64,000 nucleotides of DNA from Candidatus Latescibacterota bacterium (GTDB lineage Bacteria; Latescibacterota; UBA2968; UBA8231), in contig OZ252098.1 in NCBI GenBank assembly GCA_965248355.1, forward strand, positions 1,408,001-1,472,000, given 5' to 3'. The notes below the pieces were generated by a model. It searched no databases. It was not told the origin of the DNA and saw only the letters and a program-made list of their open reading frames with translations. Every line of letters starts with the position of its first letter. The first letter of the stretch is position 1. This document shows, one piece after another, positions 55,835 to 64,000 of the stretch. Made by a program: the position numbers and the translations under genes.

Positions 55835-57126
55835 AGGTCCTGCATGCGGATCAGGCGCAGGCCGCGGGTCACCAGGGGCAGGGCCTCGATGGCCCTCACC
55901 GCCTGCTGCATGGACCGCTCCCGCGCCTCGTGGGTGACGATGACCAGGGGCACGGCGCCGCCCTGGAGGTCGCGCTCCTTCTGCAGCACCGAGGCGATGC
56001 TGATCCGCTCCTCGGCGAGGATGCGGGCGATCCGCTCGAGCACGCCGGGACGGTCCTCCACCAGCATGCGCAGGAAGTAGCGGATCTCGGCCTCGCAGAT
56101 GTCGGTGAAGCCGACGGCCTCCTCGCCGAGGATCATGTCGCCGATGGAGGTGGCGGCTCCCCTCCGGCGGCGCTCGGCCAGCTCCACGAGATCGGAGACC
56201 ACGGCGCTGGCCGTCGGCATCCGGCCGGCGCCGGCGCCGGAGAACACCTGCGTGCCCACGGCGCTGCCCACGACCTCGATGGCGTTGAACTCGTCCTGGA
56301 TGTTGGCCAGCTGCGAGTCGGCGGGGACCATCACCGGATGCACGCGGGCCTCCACCCCCCCGGGGGCCTGCCGGGCGATGGCGAGCAGCTTGATGGCGAA
56401 GCCCAGCTCGCGGGCGTACTCGATGTCGCTGGCCTCGATGGCCTCGATCCCCTCGCAGTAGATGTCGGCCGCGGTGCCCCGGGTGTGAAAGGCGATGCGG
56501 CTGAGGATGACGAGCTTGGAGGCGGCGTCGGCGCCGCTCACGTCGGCCGCGGGATCGGGCTCGGCGTACCCGGCGGCCTGGGCCTGCGCCAGGATCTGGT
56601 CGTAGTCCCCCTCGCCGCGGGCCATGCGCGTGAGGATGTAGTTGGTCGTGCCGTTGAGGATGCCGTAGAGGCTCTCCACGCGGTTGGCCACGAGGCCGTT
56701 GCGCAGGGAGCGGATGATGGGGATCCCGCCGGCGACGCTGGCCTCGAAGAGGAGATCGACGTCGCCCTCGGCGGCCAGGTCGAACAACTCGTCGCCGTGC
56801 TCGGCGATGACGGCCTTGTTGGCGGTGACCACGTGCTTGCCCGCTCTCAGGGCCTGCCGGATCCAGCCGCAGGCCCCCGGCGCCCCGGTCAGCTCGACCA
56901 CCACCTGCACCCCCGGATCGGAGATCACCTTTCCCGCGTCGCCGGTCAGCACGCCCGGGGGAAGCTGGACGTCCCGGGCCCTGGCGGGATCGCGCACGGC
57001 CGCGCGCCGCACCTCGAAGCACGCCTTGCGGCGGCGCACGGCGGCGGGCGCCTCGCGCAGGAGCTGCACGACGCCGGTGCCGACCGTGCCCAGGCCGATC
57101 AGGCCGAGACCGATGGCGCCGCTCAT
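55831..57126 (-). CDS. hom: Homoserine dehydrogenase with C-terminal ACT domain
   Basis: GLIGLGTVG, KHVVTANK, FEASVAGGIP, GILNGTTNYIL, GYAEPDP, EDRPGVL. Confidence 0.96.
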   Translation of the reverse strand: MSGAIGLGLIGLGTVGTGVVQLLREAPAAVRRRKACFEVRRAAVRDPARARDVQLPPGVLTGDAGKVISDPGVQVVVELTGAPGACGWIRQALRAGKHVVTANKAVIAEHGDELFDLAAEGDVDLLFEASVAGGIPIIRSLRNGLVANRVESLYGILNGTTNYILTRMARGEGDYDQILAQAQAAGYAEPDPAADVSGADAASKLVILSRIAFHTRGTAADIYCEGIEAIEASDIEYARELGFAIKLLAIARQAPGGVEARVHPVMVPADSQLANIQDEFNAIEVVGSAVGTQVFSGAGAGRMPTASAVVSDLVELAERRRRGAATSIGDMILGEEAVGFTDICEAEIRYFLRMLVEDRPGVLERIARILAEERISIASVLQKERDLQGGAVPLVIVTHEARERSMQQAVRAIEALPLVTRGLRLIRMQDL

Positions 57127-57310
57127 GGGCTCGCGGGGGCGCGCACGGCGGACGGCGCTCGTGGCCCGGGCGGCCCGGTCCGGCCGTCGGGGGCGGTGGT
57201 CTGAGGCCTCGCGGCGATCATCTGCGAATCGTTCGGTTTCTCTCGGTGAGGCGCGGCTCCGGGGCGCCTGCGCGGAGAGGCGGGCGGTCCGGAACGGCAC
57301 AAGACGTTCG

Positions 57311-57339
57311 AAGTTACCGGGGCCTCCGGATATCGTCAA
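57311..57339 (-). promoter_or_regulatory. Putative sigma70 promoter of hom-asd
   Basis: Minus strand TTGACG-17 nt-TAACTT. Confidence 0.55.
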
Positions 57340-57416
57340 TCAGAACGCGCCCCGGGTGCGGGAGGGCCTTCGTTGCCGCCCCGGGCGGGGGCGGGTAGGT
57401 TGGTGCGGGAGGATAC

Positions 57417-58367
57417 GTGAGGGGATTCCGCAACATCGCCATCGCCGCCGCCGCGGTGACCTTCCTGGTGATCGCCGCCGGGGGCTTCGTGCGGGCCGCC
57501 GGCGCCGGCCTCGGGTGCCCGGACTGGCCCCGGTGCTTCGGCCGCTGGATCCCGCCCACCGAGGTCAGCCAGCTGCCGCCGGAGATCGACCCCGAGAGGT
57601 TCGACTTCGCCCTCGCCTGGATCGAGTACGTCAACCGCCTCCTGGGGGTGGTCGTCGGCCTGCTGATCCTGGCTGTCCTGGTATCGGCCTGGCGCGTGCA
57701 CCGCCGCCGGCCCGCCATCCTGGGCCCGGCCCTGGCGGTGGGTCTGCTCGTCGCCTTCCAGGGGTGGTTCGGCGGCCAGGTGGTGGCCCACGAGCTCGAC
57801 CCGCGGCTGGTGACCGTCCACCTCTTCGTGGCCCTGGCCATCGCCGGCCTGCTCCTGCACCTGGTGGTGCAGGGCTTCGACGCCGAAGGGGACCGCCTGC
57901 CGAGGCCTCCGGCCGGGGCGTCGCCCTTGTTCCGCCTCGGCCTTCTGGTCCTGGGGGCGGCGGTGGTGCAACTGGTGCTCGGCGCCTTCCTGCGCGGCAG
58001 CCTCGAAGGGGTGATGGCCGCCGACCCCGACCTGGAGCGCTCCCGGCTCCTAAGCCGCGTAGGCATGGCGGACGAGGTCCACAAGACCGGCGCCCTGATC
58101 GTCGCCCTGCTGTGCGCCTCGCTGCTGTGGGCGGCCCACACCCGGCTGGGGGACCACCCCGGCCTGCGGCGGCTGGCGCAGGCGCCGGCGTGGCTCACGC
58201 TGGCGCAGATCGCCGCCGGCCTGGGGCTGACCTCCCTGGCCCTGCCCCCCGTCCTGCAGTTGGCCCACCTGGTGCTCGGGAGCCTGTTGTTCGGCTGTCT
58301 CGTTTTGTCCGTGCTGCTGCTGGCCCCGGCGCGGGCGGGCCCGCCGGGGGAGCTTCAGGAGAACTGA
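57417..58367 (+). CDS. ctaA: COX15/CtaA heme A synthase-family protein
   Basis: GGFVRAAGAGLGCPDWPRCFG, WIEYVNR, FQGWFG, VTVH. About 8 TM segments. Confidence 0.88.
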   Translation: MRGFRNIAIAAAAVTFLVIAAGGFVRAAGAGLGCPDWPRCFGRWIPPTEVSQLPPEIDPERFDFALAWIEYVNRLLGVVVGLLILAVLVSAWRVHRRRPAILGPALAVGLLVAFQGWFGGQVVAHELDPRLVTVHLFVALAIAGLLLHLVVQGFDAEGDRLPRPPAGASPLFRLGLLVLGAAVVQLVLGAFLRGSLEGVMAADPDLERSRLLSRVGMADEVHKTGALIVALLCASLLWAAHTRLGDHPGLRRLAQAPAWLTLAQIAAGLGLTSLALPPVLQLAHLVLGSLLFGCLVLSVLLLAPARAGPPGELQEN

Positions 58368-58378
58368 CAGGTGGCTCC

Positions 58379-58849
58379 GTGAAGGCTGTCCGTAGAATCC
58401 TGCCGGTGCTGCTGGTATGGGGTGCTGGGGCTCAGGCTCAACCCGCCCCGCCCGATTCGGTCTGGAGCGACGAACAATGCTGGACCATGGTCACTGTCGA
58501 GGCGAGGGATGGGCAAGTTCCCCGGATCTGCCTGTGTTGGACCACCGTCGAGGAGGCCGACGCGTATCGAATCTGGCGGGAGATCTTCGTCACCGTGGGC
58601 TTGGACGATGCCGGCAACATAGTGGAGCTTGACACGCCGAGATTGGCCTGGGTGCCATGGGGAATGGTGACTCGACCGAAGGATCAGGGGCCGATCCTCT
58701 GCGCCGTGATCGCCAGCCTCGATGGTGATCCCACCAGGTGGGGCGTGTCCAGTGTCCAGGACGATCTCCACTCGGAACCGACAACAGCAGGTGACGCGGC
58801 AACGGCTGTCCGGCGGCTCAGTTGGGGCGAGGTCAAGGAGAGACTGTGA
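58379..58849 (+). CDS. Small secreted protein with C-terminal TAVRRLSWGEVK tail
   Basis: Signal peptide VKAVRRILPVLLVWGAGAQA, FN3-like W...ADAYRIWRE. Lower GC than its flanks. Confidence 0.65.
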   Translation: MKAVRRILPVLLVWGAGAQAQPAPPDSVWSDEQCWTMVTVEARDGQVPRICLCWTTVEEADAYRIWREIFVTVGLDDAGNIVELDTPRLAWVPWGMVTRPKDQGPILCAVIASLDGDPTRWGVSSVQDDLHSEPTTAGDAATAVRRLSWGEVKERL

Positions 58850-58889
58850 GCCCGAAGAATCCGGAAAAGGCCACCTTGCCGTTCTGGCC

Positions 58890-59720
58890 TCAGAGGCGCA
58901 GCCGCCGCTGGTTGGCGTAGACGTTGAATCCCCGGCCCCGGACGAACCCCGTGAGGGTGACCCCGGCTTCTTTGGCCAGGTCCACGGCCAGGCTCGAGGG
59001 CCCGGAGACCGAGGCGATGAAGCCGATGCCGGCGAGCCGCGCCTTCTGCACGATCTCGAAGCTGGTGCGGCCGCTGACCATGAGAATCGACGCCGAGGGC
59101 GGCCACCGGCCGGCGGCGACGAAGTGGCCCACGAGCTTGTCCACGGCGTTGTGGCGGCCCACGTCCTCGCGCAGGACGAGCAGCTCCCCGGCCGGGTCGA
59201 AGAGACCGGCGGCGTGGAGGGAACCGGTGCGCTCGAACTGGTCCTGGGCCTCGCGCAGCCGGTCGGGCAGGCCGTGCAGGGTGGCGCCGGCCACCTCGAA
59301 GTCGGTCAGCTCCCGGCGGGCCTGGAGACGGACCTGGTCGATGCTCGCCTTGCCGCAGACGCCGCAGCTCGAGGTGGCGTAGAAGTTGCGCTTGATGCCG
59401 GCGGCGTCGAAGGCCAGACCGTCGGCGAGGCGCACGTCGACGACGTTGCGCTCGTTCGGCGGCGAGGCGGAGGGGCAGTAGGAGAGGGCGCCGAGCCCCG
59501 CCGGCTCGGGGAGGATGGCCTCGGTGAGCAGGAAGCCGGCCACGAGATCGAAGTCGTGACCGGGCGTGCGCATGACCACGGCCACGGGCTCGTCGTCGAT
59601 GCGGATCTCCAGGGGCTCCTCCACGGTCACGGCGTCGGGCTCCGGAGCGGCGGCGACGCCGTCGCGCACGACCACGCGCCGGCGCTCGGCCAGCCCCTGG
59701 GCGGAAGCCGCAGGCTTCAC
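58890..59720 (-). CDS. fdhD: Formate dehydrogenase accessory sulfurtransferase
   Basis: VEEPLEI, MRTPGHD, SSCGVCGK, TGSLHAA, REDVGRHNAVDK, SGRTSFEIVQKA. Confidence 0.95.
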   Translation of the reverse strand: MKPAASAQGLAERRRVVVRDGVAAAPEPDAVTVEEPLEIRIDDEPVAVVMRTPGHDFDLVAGFLLTEAILPEPAGLGALSYCPSASPPNERNVVDVRLADGLAFDAAGIKRNFYATSSCGVCGKASIDQVRLQARRELTDFEVAGATLHGLPDRLREAQDQFERTGSLHAAGLFDPAGELLVLREDVGRHNAVDKLVGHFVAAGRWPPSASILMVSGRTSFEIVQKARLAGIGFIASVSGPSSLAVDLAKEAGVTLTGFVRGRGFNVYANQRRLRL

Positions 59721-59947
59721 GCGGTGGCCCTCCGACCCGGGCGGACCCGGCCGGGCTCCGCGGTCACCGGCGCGCGCACCCGCACCTGGCGGGAACCCGC
59801 TCTTCCGGGTCCGGGTCCGTCTGCTGCGAGGCTTCCGCCTCTACCGGGGAAAGGATGCACTGGCTGCGCCGCGAATCGATCTTTCAAGGAGGAATGGAGC
59901 GAATCTACCTTGACCCACGGCGCCCGGCAATCGCTGAGAGCGGCTGA

Positions 59948-61858
59948 ATGACGCCCTTCCTCGACGCCTTGCGAGAGGGCCCCCTGCTGGCCGACGGCGC
60001 CATGGGGTCCTACCTCTTCGAGCTGACCGGCCGCCTGTCGGAGGAGAACCATGTGTACGAGGCCTTCGGCGCCGACCGGCCGGAGGTCCTGCGGCAGGTC
60101 GGCCTCGCCTACCTGCAGGCCGGGAGCCGCTGCCTGACCACCAACACCTTCGCCGGCAACGGCGCCTGCCTGGCCGCCAGCGGCCTGGGCCACCGCACCG
60201 CCGAGCTGAACGCCGCCGATGTGGCCGTCACCCGCGAGTCGATCGACGAGTACTGCCGCGCCGCCGGCGCCGACCGGGGCCGCTTCTTCGTCCTCGGTTC
60301 GGTGGGCCCCACCCCGGCCGGGGACGAGTCCGGCCACGCCCTGACCGCGGCCTACGCCGACCACCTGGCCGCCCTCGTCGACGGCGGCGCCGACGCCCTC
60401 CTGCTGGAGACCTTCCGCTCCCTCGAGCAGCTGCGCGGGGTCCTCGCCCTCGTCTCCCGGCTCGCCGCCGGTCTGCCCGTGATCGCTCACATGGCCCTGC
60501 AGCAGGACGGCGAAGGCTGGTCCGTGGACCCCCTCCTCCTGGCCCGCGCCGCGGCCGAAGGCGGCGCCCACGTGGTCGGCATCAACTGCTGCACGCCCTG
60601 GGAGGCGGAGCGGTTCGTGGCCGAGGTGGCGGCCTCGGGCGTGGCCGCCGACCGGGGCCTGCTGGTCTCGGCCATGCCCAACGCGGGAGGCTTCCAGCAC
60701 ATCGGCAACCGTTACATGACCCGCGTCAACCCCGAGTTCATGGGCCGCCTCGGGCGCACCCTGTGCGAGTCGGGGGCGCGGCTCGTGGGCGGCTGCTGCG
60801 AGATCCACCCGCCCCACGTGGCGGAGATGGCCAACTACCTGCACAGCCGCGCCGCCGGGGGCCGGACCGTCGCCGTGGGGTGGCCCGGGGAGCGGACCCC
60901 CACGGGCCTGGAGGTCAAGGCCGCCAACGGCGGCTTCTCCCGCAAGATCTTCGATGGCGGGTTCGCCGTGAGCGTCGAGATCCTGCCGCCGCGAGGCACG
61001 GCGCCGAAGCGGCTGCAGGGCCGCGTCGACTTCGTGGGGCGCCTGGCCGCCTCCGGGCTGGCCGACGCTCTCGACATCACCGACGGCTCGCGCGGCATCC
61101 CCCTCATGCCCCCCGGGGACTTCGTGCACGTGCTGCGCCAGCGCCTGGGCTGGAGGGCCGACGGCGGCGACGGGCTCGAGCTGATCCCCCACTTCACCTC
61201 GCGGGACCTGAACCTCATGGGCCTGCAGGCGCGCCTCGTCGGCTACTGGGCGAACCGCATCCACAACGTCCTGTTCATCACCGGCGACCCCCCCAAGATG
61301 GCGCCCACCTATCCGCGCTCCACGGCGGTCTTCGACGTCGATTCCGTGGACATGGTGCGGCTCACCCATTCCAGGCTGAACGCCGGCGCCGACTTCGGCG
61401 GCCAGCCCCTCGGCCGGCACCGGGACCCGCGCACCCGCTTCACCATCGGCACCGGCTTCGAGCCGGAAGCCCCGGCCCGGGAGCGCGAGCTGGACCGGCT
61501 GCGGCGCAAGATCGACGCCGGCGCCGACTACGTCATGACCCAGCCGGTCTTCCGCCGGGAGGCGCTGGACGGCCTGGAGCCCTTCCGGGAGCGCGTGGCC
61601 GTCCTCGCGGGGGTGCTCGTCCTGCGAGGCCTGGACCACGCCCTGCGCATGGGCACCGTGCCGGGGGTGGTCGTGCCCGACGAGGTGGTGGGCCGGCTCG
61701 GCGACCGCCGGGGGGCAGCCGACCAGGCCCGCGTGGGAGCGGAGATCGCTGCCGAGCAGATCCGCCGCCTCCGCGCCGAAGGCTGGTCCGGGGTGTACCT
61801 CATGTCCCCGGCCGGACCCGCGCCGGTCCTCGAGGTGCTGGCCGCCGGCCTCGGCTAG
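59948..61858 (+). CDS. Bifunctional homocysteine S-methyltransferase / methylenetetrahydrofolate reductase (YitJ-like)
   Basis: LADGAMGS, TNTF, GINC, PNAG, VGGCC, then SVEILPPRG, RDLN, ITGDPP, KIDAGADYVMTQPVF. Confidence 0.92.
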   Translation: MTPFLDALREGPLLADGAMGSYLFELTGRLSEENHVYEAFGADRPEVLRQVGLAYLQAGSRCLTTNTFAGNGACLAASGLGHRTAELNAADVAVTRESIDEYCRAAGADRGRFFVLGSVGPTPAGDESGHALTAAYADHLAALVDGGADALLLETFRSLEQLRGVLALVSRLAAGLPVIAHMALQQDGEGWSVDPLLLARAAAEGGAHVVGINCCTPWEAERFVAEVAASGVAADRGLLVSAMPNAGGFQHIGNRYMTRVNPEFMGRLGRTLCESGARLVGGCCEIHPPHVAEMANYLHSRAAGGRTVAVGWPGERTPTGLEVKAANGGFSRKIFDGGFAVSVEILPPRGTAPKRLQGRVDFVGRLAASGLADALDITDGSRGIPLMPPGDFVHVLRQRLGWRADGGDGLELIPHFTSRDLNLMGLQARLVGYWANRIHNVLFITGDPPKMAPTYPRSTAVFDVDSVDMVRLTHSRLNAGADFGGQPLGRHRDPRTRFTIGTGFEPEAPARERELDRLRRKIDAGADYVMTQPVFRREALDGLEPFRERVAVLAGVLVLRGLDHALRMGTVPGVVVPDEVVGRLGDRRGAADQARVGAEIAAEQIRRLRAEGWSGVYLMSPAGPAPVLEVLAAGLG

Positions 61859-63210
61859 ACTTCCTCCACCCAGCGCCGCCGGACGGCTTCCAGGGCCGAG
61901 GCCCGGTCCCGGAGGCGGCCCTCCAGCTGCTCGTCCTCCACCCAGCGCAGGATCTCGGCGAAGGCCGGACCGGGTGGCAGGCCGAGGCCGATGAGGTCCC
62001 GGCCGCTCACCAGCGGCGGTGGACGCAGCCGGTCCTCCTCCCCCTCGCCGGCCGGCTCCAGGGCCCGCCGGCAGAAGTCGTGGAGATCGAGCATCCCGTG
62101 GCTCGCCAGGCAATCGATGCGGTGCAGCTCGAGCAGCTCCTCGAAGCCCTCCTGGCGCAGGAAGCGCTTGAGCTTGCCGGGGCGCATGCGGCGGGCGTTG
62201 GGGAAGCGCATGTGCTGGGCCGTGAGCATGCGCACGCGCTCGCCGTCGCGCTTGGAGAACCGCAGGCGCCGGGCGATCTCCTCGACCATCTCCGCCCCGA
62301 GCTGGTCGTGGCCGTGGAAGCGGATGCGGTCGGACTCCGAGAACGTGGGCGGCTTGCCCACGTCGTGGAGCAGGACTCCCCAGGCCAGGGTCGGCGACGG
62401 ATCGTCGAGGGCGTCGATCTGCTCCAGCATGAGCAGCACGTGCCGCCAGACGTCGCCCTCCGGGTGGTGCTCCGGCGACTGGCGGACCCCCTTCAGGGCG
62501 GCCACCTCGGGCAGGACTCGCTCGAGCAGCCCCGACCGCCGCAGCAGCCGGAAGCCAGGGACGGCGGCGCCCTCGACGAGGATCCGCGTCAGCTCGTCGC
62601 GCACGCGCTCGGCGGAGAGGAGGTCCACCATGTGGGCGCACTCGCGAATCGCCTGCCAGGTGCCCGGCTCGATCTCGAACCCGAGGCTCGCGGCGAGGCG
62701 CACGGCCCGCAGGGTGCGCAGCCCGTCCTCGGCGAAGCGCTCGGCCGGATCGCCGATGGCGCGGATGAGCCCGGCCTCCAGGTCCTCCCGGCCGCCGACG
62801 TAGTCGAGCACCCCCTCGCCGCCGGGATCGTAGAACAACCCGTTGATCGTGAAGTCGCGGCGGCGGGCGTCCGCCTCGGGACCGGTGAACTCCACCCGCT
62901 CCGGGTGACGGCCGTCGACGTACGGCCCCTCCCGGCGGAAGCGGGCCACGTGGTACTCGCCCTCCGGCAGGCGGACGAGGACGATCCCGAACTGCGCCCC
63001 CACGGGGACGGCGTGCTCGAAGAGCTGCATCACCCGGCCGGGGTCGGCGTCGGTGGCCACGTCCCAGTCCCTGGGCGGGCGTCGCAGCAACAGGTCGCGC
63101 ACGCCGCCGCCGGCGAGGCAGGCCTTGTGCCCGGCCCCCTGGAGCCGGCGGATCACCGCCGCGGCGCCGGGGTCCACGCGCCCGGCCGGGATCGGTTCTA
63201 CTTGCTCCAT
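61855..63210 (-). CDS. cca: CCA tRNA nucleotidyltransferase / poly(A) polymerase family with HD domain
   Basis: AGGGVRDLLL..DWDVAT, RRDFTING, RFAEDGLR.LR, HHPEGDVWRH, LLHDVGKP. Confidence 0.9.
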   Translation of the reverse strand: MEQVEPIPAGRVDPGAAAVIRRLQGAGHKACLAGGGVRDLLLRRPPRDWDVATDADPGRVMQLFEHAVPVGAQFGIVLVRLPEGEYHVARFRREGPYVDGRHPERVEFTGPEADARRRDFTINGLFYDPGGEGVLDYVGGREDLEAGLIRAIGDPAERFAEDGLRTLRAVRLAASLGFEIEPGTWQAIRECAHMVDLLSAERVRDELTRILVEGAAVPGFRLLRRSGLLERVLPEVAALKGVRQSPEHHPEGDVWRHVLLMLEQIDALDDPSPTLAWGVLLHDVGKPPTFSESDRIRFHGHDQLGAEMVEEIARRLRFSKRDGERVRMLTAQHMRFPNARRMRPGKLKRFLRQEGFEELLELHRIDCLASHGMLDLHDFCRRALEPAGEGEEDRLRPPPLVSGRDLIGLGLPPGPAFAEILRWVEDEQLEGRLRDRASALEAVRRRWVEEV

Positions 63211-63272
63211 TGCGGGCCCCCGGCTAGCCTCTGTGGGAGGAACACGAAGCGGACGAGAGGGATGGAGGAGAG

Positions 63273-63890
63273 ATGCGTCGGAACCGTGTGAAGGCCTCCA
63301 GGGCCCTGCTGAGCACGTCGGACCGGAGGGGCCTGCCGGAGTTCGCCGCGGCCCTGGCGGAACTGGGCATCGAGCTGGTGAGCACCGGCGGCACCGGGGG
63401 CGCCCTGCGCGAGGCGGGCCTGGAGGTGACCGAGGTCTCGGAGGTCACGGGATTCCCGGAGATGATGGACGGACGGGTGAAGAGCCTGCACCCGAAGATC
63501 CACGGCGGCCTCCTCGGGCTGCGGGACAACGCCGGTCACATGGCCACCCTGGAGCGTCACGGGATCGCGCCCTTCGAGCTGGTCTGCGTCAACCTCTACC
63601 CCTTCGAGCAGGCCATCTCCCGCCCCGGCTGCACCCTGGCCGAGGCGATCGAGAACATCGACATCGGGGGCCCCGCCATGTTGCGTTCGGCGGCCAAGAA
63701 CCACGCCTCGATCTACGTGGTCAGCTCGCCGGAGCAGTACCCGGAGACGATCGCGCGCCTGCGCGCCGGCGGGGGCCGCATCGATCCCGCCTACGGCCGG
63801 CGCCTGGCCGTGGAGGCCTTCCGCCTGACGGCGCGCTACGACACCGCCGTCAGCGGCTGGCTCGCCGCCCAGGCGCAGCCGCCCTCCTGA
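63273..63890 (+). CDS. purH: IMP cyclohydrolase (N-terminal domain of PurH only)
   Basis: ALLSTSDR, STGGT, TGFPEMMDGRVKSLHPKIHGG, VNLYPF, ENIDIGGP..RSAAKN. Stops before the AICAR transformylase domain. Confidence 0.88.
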   Translation: MRRNRVKASRALLSTSDRRGLPEFAAALAELGIELVSTGGTGGALREAGLEVTEVSEVTGFPEMMDGRVKSLHPKIHGGLLGLRDNAGHMATLERHGIAPFELVCVNLYPFEQAISRPGCTLAEAIENIDIGGPAMLRSAAKNHASIYVVSSPEQYPETIARLRAGGGRIDPAYGRRLAVEAFRLTARYDTAVSGWLAAQAQPPS

Positions 63891-63899
63891 GCCGCGGGC

Positions 63900-64000
63900 T
63901 CACCGCCCCTCCCCCGCCAGCACCTGACGCAGGCGGCGAGCGACGACCTCCTCCTCGCCCTCCTCCATCATGTAGGGGTTGAACTGGAGGGACCGCTCCC
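63900..64000 (-). CDS. C-terminus of a probable SelA-like PLP-dependent protein (partial)
   Basis: Manual translation ERSLQFNPYMMEEGEEEVVARRLRQVLAGEGR*. Only 32 aa are visible. Confidence 0.4.
   Translation of the reverse strand, partial: ERSLQFNPYMMEEGEEEVVARRLRQVLAGEGR

Noticed and set aside
59720..59947. SAM-I, Moco riboswitch, SRP or 6S RNA
   Set aside because: Only faint partial resemblance. The core conserved motifs could not be matched by eye.
1..64000. tRNA, rRNA, prophage or integron
   Set aside because: No cloverleaf or rRNA signatures, phage structural genes, integrase or attC array were recognised.

Overview
High-GC bacterial chromosomal window of about 50 genes. The content suggests a Latescibacterota/Poribacteria-like lineage, possibly a sponge symbiont (inference from PhyH, GHL10-like paralogs, LDL-receptor YWTD repeats, and FlgD-Ig and 'TAV..SWG.VK' C-terminal tails). 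Left end: a lower-GC glycosylation locus (partial GT2 plus a GT-B glycosyltransferase-transglutaminase fusion), then an istB remnant split by three units stacked at one CTAG (IS630, an IS1182/IS5-like element and a 37-bp palindromic scar). Next come catabolic genes and an 8-gene operon joining a divergent ComA and a HAD phosphatase to archaeal-type pantoate kinase and phosphopantothenate synthetase. A defence-like island follows (exonuclease-RecQ-UvrD fusion, type III Res nuclease-MNT fusion, HEPN toxin, DUF2971), bounded by diverged duplications of host sequence with no recombinase. Then a 1605-aa PA/M28-MacB/FtsX membrane protein coupled to an OPT-like transporter with extra domains, several interrupted or eroded genes, and housekeeping genes (asd, hom, ctaA, fdhD, yitJ-like, cca, N-terminal-only purH). 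No rRNA, tRNA or CRISPR array was seen. All calls are from motif recognition by eye; no searches were run.
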